This document shows, one piece after another, positions 61,136 to 64,000 of a stretch of DNA of 64,000 bases. The translations under genes were made by a program, and so were the position numbers. The notes under the pieces are model-generated. The model ran no database searches. It saw only the letters and a list, made by a program, of their open reading frames with translations, and had not been told where the DNA came from. The stretch is from Octopus vulgaris (taxonomy: Eukaryota), in contig OX597840.1 in the NCBI GenBank assembly GCA_951406725.2, forward strand, positions 21,762,001 to 21,826,000, written 5' to 3'. The stretch's first letter is position 1, and each line of letters opens with the position of its first letter.

Positions 61136-62787
61136 AGTGAGAGAATGACAATTACTAAATATTAATGACAAAATCCATCTCTTCTGATACAGGGAAACTG
61201 ACTGAACAATCACTGATGCTGCAATTAGCTGCCTGGCTGAATCTGTTATAAGCAACCGAAGCAGTATTCAATTAAAACAGCCATCCACGTATCTGCAAGA
61301 GATTGCTCAGTCACTGCTTTCCTATAATGGTAGGGGCTGGCTTTTTTCTTAGAATACGGTTGTCAATGGGTAAATGCTTTTGACGAAATGTGCATCTAAC
61401 ATTCTGTTATGGCAGGTTGATTGTTGTTTGGTAGTTCTGGATTTTGTGTTCTTAAACACAGCACATCTGTAAGAGAGATTACCTCCCGATGAATACTGAT
61501 TATCTCCAGATGAATACTACAGGAATAAGAAAAAAAAAACCTTGTTTGTACGATGATGATGGCCATTTACAACCATCACGTAATGTCCTGACAAGGTCAC
61601 ACGTGTATACACACACACAGACACTGTTGGTTACGACTGGGTCTCAGTCGATCCAATCAACAGAACAACCTACTCATCATCATCATCATTTAACATCTGT
61701 TGTCCAGGCTGGCAAGGTGGGGGAGCTGCCCCAGACTCCAGTTTGATTTGGCAGGGTTTCTATGGCTGCATGCTTTTATGTGGCACCACTACTCTCATGA
61801 AACGATATTAACCTTTCCGAGTAAGGCAAGATTTCTCATGGCTAGACATGCTTTTCCATGAAAGACTGGAAACAAAACAACCTTGCTTGTACGATGATGA
61901 TGATGATGATGCTCGTTTACAATCATCACATCTAGACAAGAGTACACACACACACACACAGAGAATAGGCTTCTTTCAGTTTCCATCTAGAAAATGTTGA
62001 AGAAGACAAGATTAAGGCACAAGAGAGTATCAAAGAGTTACAGAAAGATGCAAACACAACAATAATACAAAATAACAATGTTAACGAATCTGGAGATGTG
62101 GGTTCAAATCCATTGATTGTGTTCACCTGAGAAGTAGTAAAGTGAGTAATTTGTGACTAAAGTAACTGTTGCCTGAGATGAGGTTCAAAGGTCTTCTTAG
62201 GAAATGGCTCTGACAGAGGGAGAGAACTCATCTCAGAAACACACCACCTTCATGAATAGAAGAGAACCCTCTTTAGACAAACAGACAGACAACAAGTGTA
62301 ACTGTGAGGTTAAGAATTTTGCTTTCCAACCATGTGGCACCTTGGGTAAAGATTTTCTATTATAGATGAAAATAGATCCTTCTTTCAATCATGTAGGCTC
62401 ATAGGGCCAGTTTCCTAGTTTCTGTGGAATATATATTCCTCTCCCGGATGGGATGCCAGTCCCTCGCAGGATTAACTCACTTTTGCCAGCCGAGTGGACT
62501 GGTGCACTGTGAAGTGAAGTGTTTTGCTCAAGAACACAACACATTGCCCAGTCCAGGAACCGAAACCACAGTTTCATGATCAAGAGTTCAACAAAGGCCC
62601 AGCCAGATGTTATCTCTGAATGGAAGAGAACTTGCTTTCTAGAGCAGCTCAGGTTGACCCAACATGAATGGAAGAGAACTTAAGGGACAGCAGTTTAATT
62701 AAAATCTTCTCCAGGAACATAGGAAAGAATGACAGGAAGTTATTTCTATTTAGATGACAGCATAGGAATGATAAGGGAACAACTTAC

Positions 62788-62861
62788 CTCCTCATCGCTT
62801 CAGGTCGATAAACTGGGTCTCCAAGATCTTGTAAAAGAAGGGCTGAGTTGAAAAGTGTTTG
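62788..62861 (-). CDS. TMTC3: TMTC3 coding exon
   Basis: tgcag|CAAACA...AGGAG|gtaagt on minus. Encodes QTLFNSALLLQDLGDPVYRPEAMR(R). Phase 0-2. Confidence 0.92.
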
Positions 62862-62989
62862 CTGCAAATATATTAAAAAAAAAAAAACATTTTGTAACAA
62901 GGAATCATTATCATCATCATCGTCATCATCATTTAATTTCTGTATTTCATCAAGTTTGGGTTTGATGGTTTGAAAGGAACAACATACAA

Positions 62990-63408
62990 GGAGATCCTGA
63001 AAAGTTCCTGGCCGTAGGTCCCCTCTCAAATTCACATACTTATTGCAGCGGTTGTTGAGATTTTTCTAAGACCTGTAAAAGAACTCAGAAGGTTGTGCCT
63101 CCAACCAGGCTTTACAGGACACCCTTAAAGCTAGCAGCTTTTCCGCATCCCCTTGTGTGTGTGTGTCTATCTATCTATAGATATACACACACACACAAAC
63201 ATGAAGTGGTACTGAAAAGTTATTGGCTTTGAGTAAAAGAAAATACAGGAGGATCAGTTTATGATTTAATCCAAGATATTCCCCTCTCAGATTCGCATAC
63301 TTATTGCAGTGGTCCTTCAGTTTTTCTAAGCCCTGTAAAAGCACTCAAAAACTGGGCCTCCAGCCAGGGCCTTTTGTGATGCCCTTAAAGCCAGGAACAC
63401 CCCATAGC
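62990..63408 (+). mobile_element. Two copies of a mariner-like MITE
   Basis: ctgaaaagttcctggc ... aaagccaggaac-type inverted ends; shared internal cccctctca...atacttattgcag...ctgtaaaag. Confidence 0.6.
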
Positions 63409-63707
63409 TTTAGTGCTGTATTGATCTCCATTTTCTGCTTCAGCCACAAGGATGTAACTACTCCAAAATGCAATGCATCCCAGTTTGGTCCAGTGGTGCT
63501 GTGAGTCGATTTGGTGCATTTGCAACCATTTGTCAACAGCAAGAAACTTTCTCCATAACAAAACACACTGAATGACTTTCGTAAAGGTTCGCATATGCCT
63601 CAAGCTTATTTGAACAGGTAACAATTTTGTGATTACATGTAGAATGTGTGCTACACATACTACTGCAGTAATGTAAATAAAATAATAAAAAAAGAGAATC
63701 AACTAAC

Positions 63708-63794
63708 CTGGTGGTCAGGGTTCAATCTGAGTGCTTGCTCAAAGAAGGTGTTAGCTTCCAGGAGGTTCTTTTGTTCCAAGTTGACAACACCAAT
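63708..63794 (-). CDS. TMTC3: TMTC3 coding exon (gene continues beyond window)
   Basis: tttag|ATTGGT...CACCAG|gttagt on minus. Encodes IGVVNLEQKNLLEANTFFEQALRLNPDHQ (TPR). 87 bp, phase 0-0. Confidence 0.9.
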
Positions 63795-64000
63795 CTAAAT
63801 TAGGGAGAAGAAACAGAGACACACTGCCAGGAAATGGTTGTTTGTATATCCAGAGGACTTGTGAAATATCACAGCAAACAAAAAGTACATACACATACAT
63901 ATTTCTTTACTACCCACAAGGGGCTAAACAAGGACACAAAGGAATTAAGTCGATTACATCGACCCAGTGCGAAACTGGTACTTTATTTATCGACCCCGAG

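Noticed and set aside
61932-62126. Minus-strand ORF after an AG (VNTINGFEPTSPDSL...) as a TMTC3 exon
   Set aside because: It has no TPR/TMTC3 similarity. The exons at 62788-62861 and 60609-60729 already join in frame and follow the expected protein.

Overview
AT-rich eukaryotic DNA. The SINE/MITE content and microsatellite load suggest a mollusc, probably an octopus (inference from recalled repeat families, not a search). Two convergent, intron-rich genes are partly present. CNOT2 (CCR4-NOT subunit 2) has its last 8 coding exons on the + strand, 735-17796. TMTC3 has its last 6 coding exons on the - strand, 63794-24702. All exons were joined by hand with GT-AG boundaries and consistent phases. 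One TMTC3 intron (26812-60608, 33,797 bp) is almost filled by a purine/pyrimidine-alternating (TA/CA/TG/CG) array that has real internal structure. It contains ~3 kb units alternating as an A/B ~6 kb dimer, a ~2.3 kb sub-array, a ~1.07 kb spacerless palindrome centred at 28795/28796, co-amplified 3' tails of a SINE and a CR1-like LINE, and later single-copy insertions (three LINE fragments, a Helitron-like element, a SINE piece). The many Y/I/H/T/C/V/M ORFs in the array are artefacts. Other points of note are a candidate in-frame cassette or alternative terminal exon in CNOT2, a decayed duplicate of a CNOT2 exon, and a nested MITE/RTE/piggyBac insertion with a 30-bp target duplication. I found no new protein-coding system. 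The array architecture is the most unusual signal and needs long-read validation.
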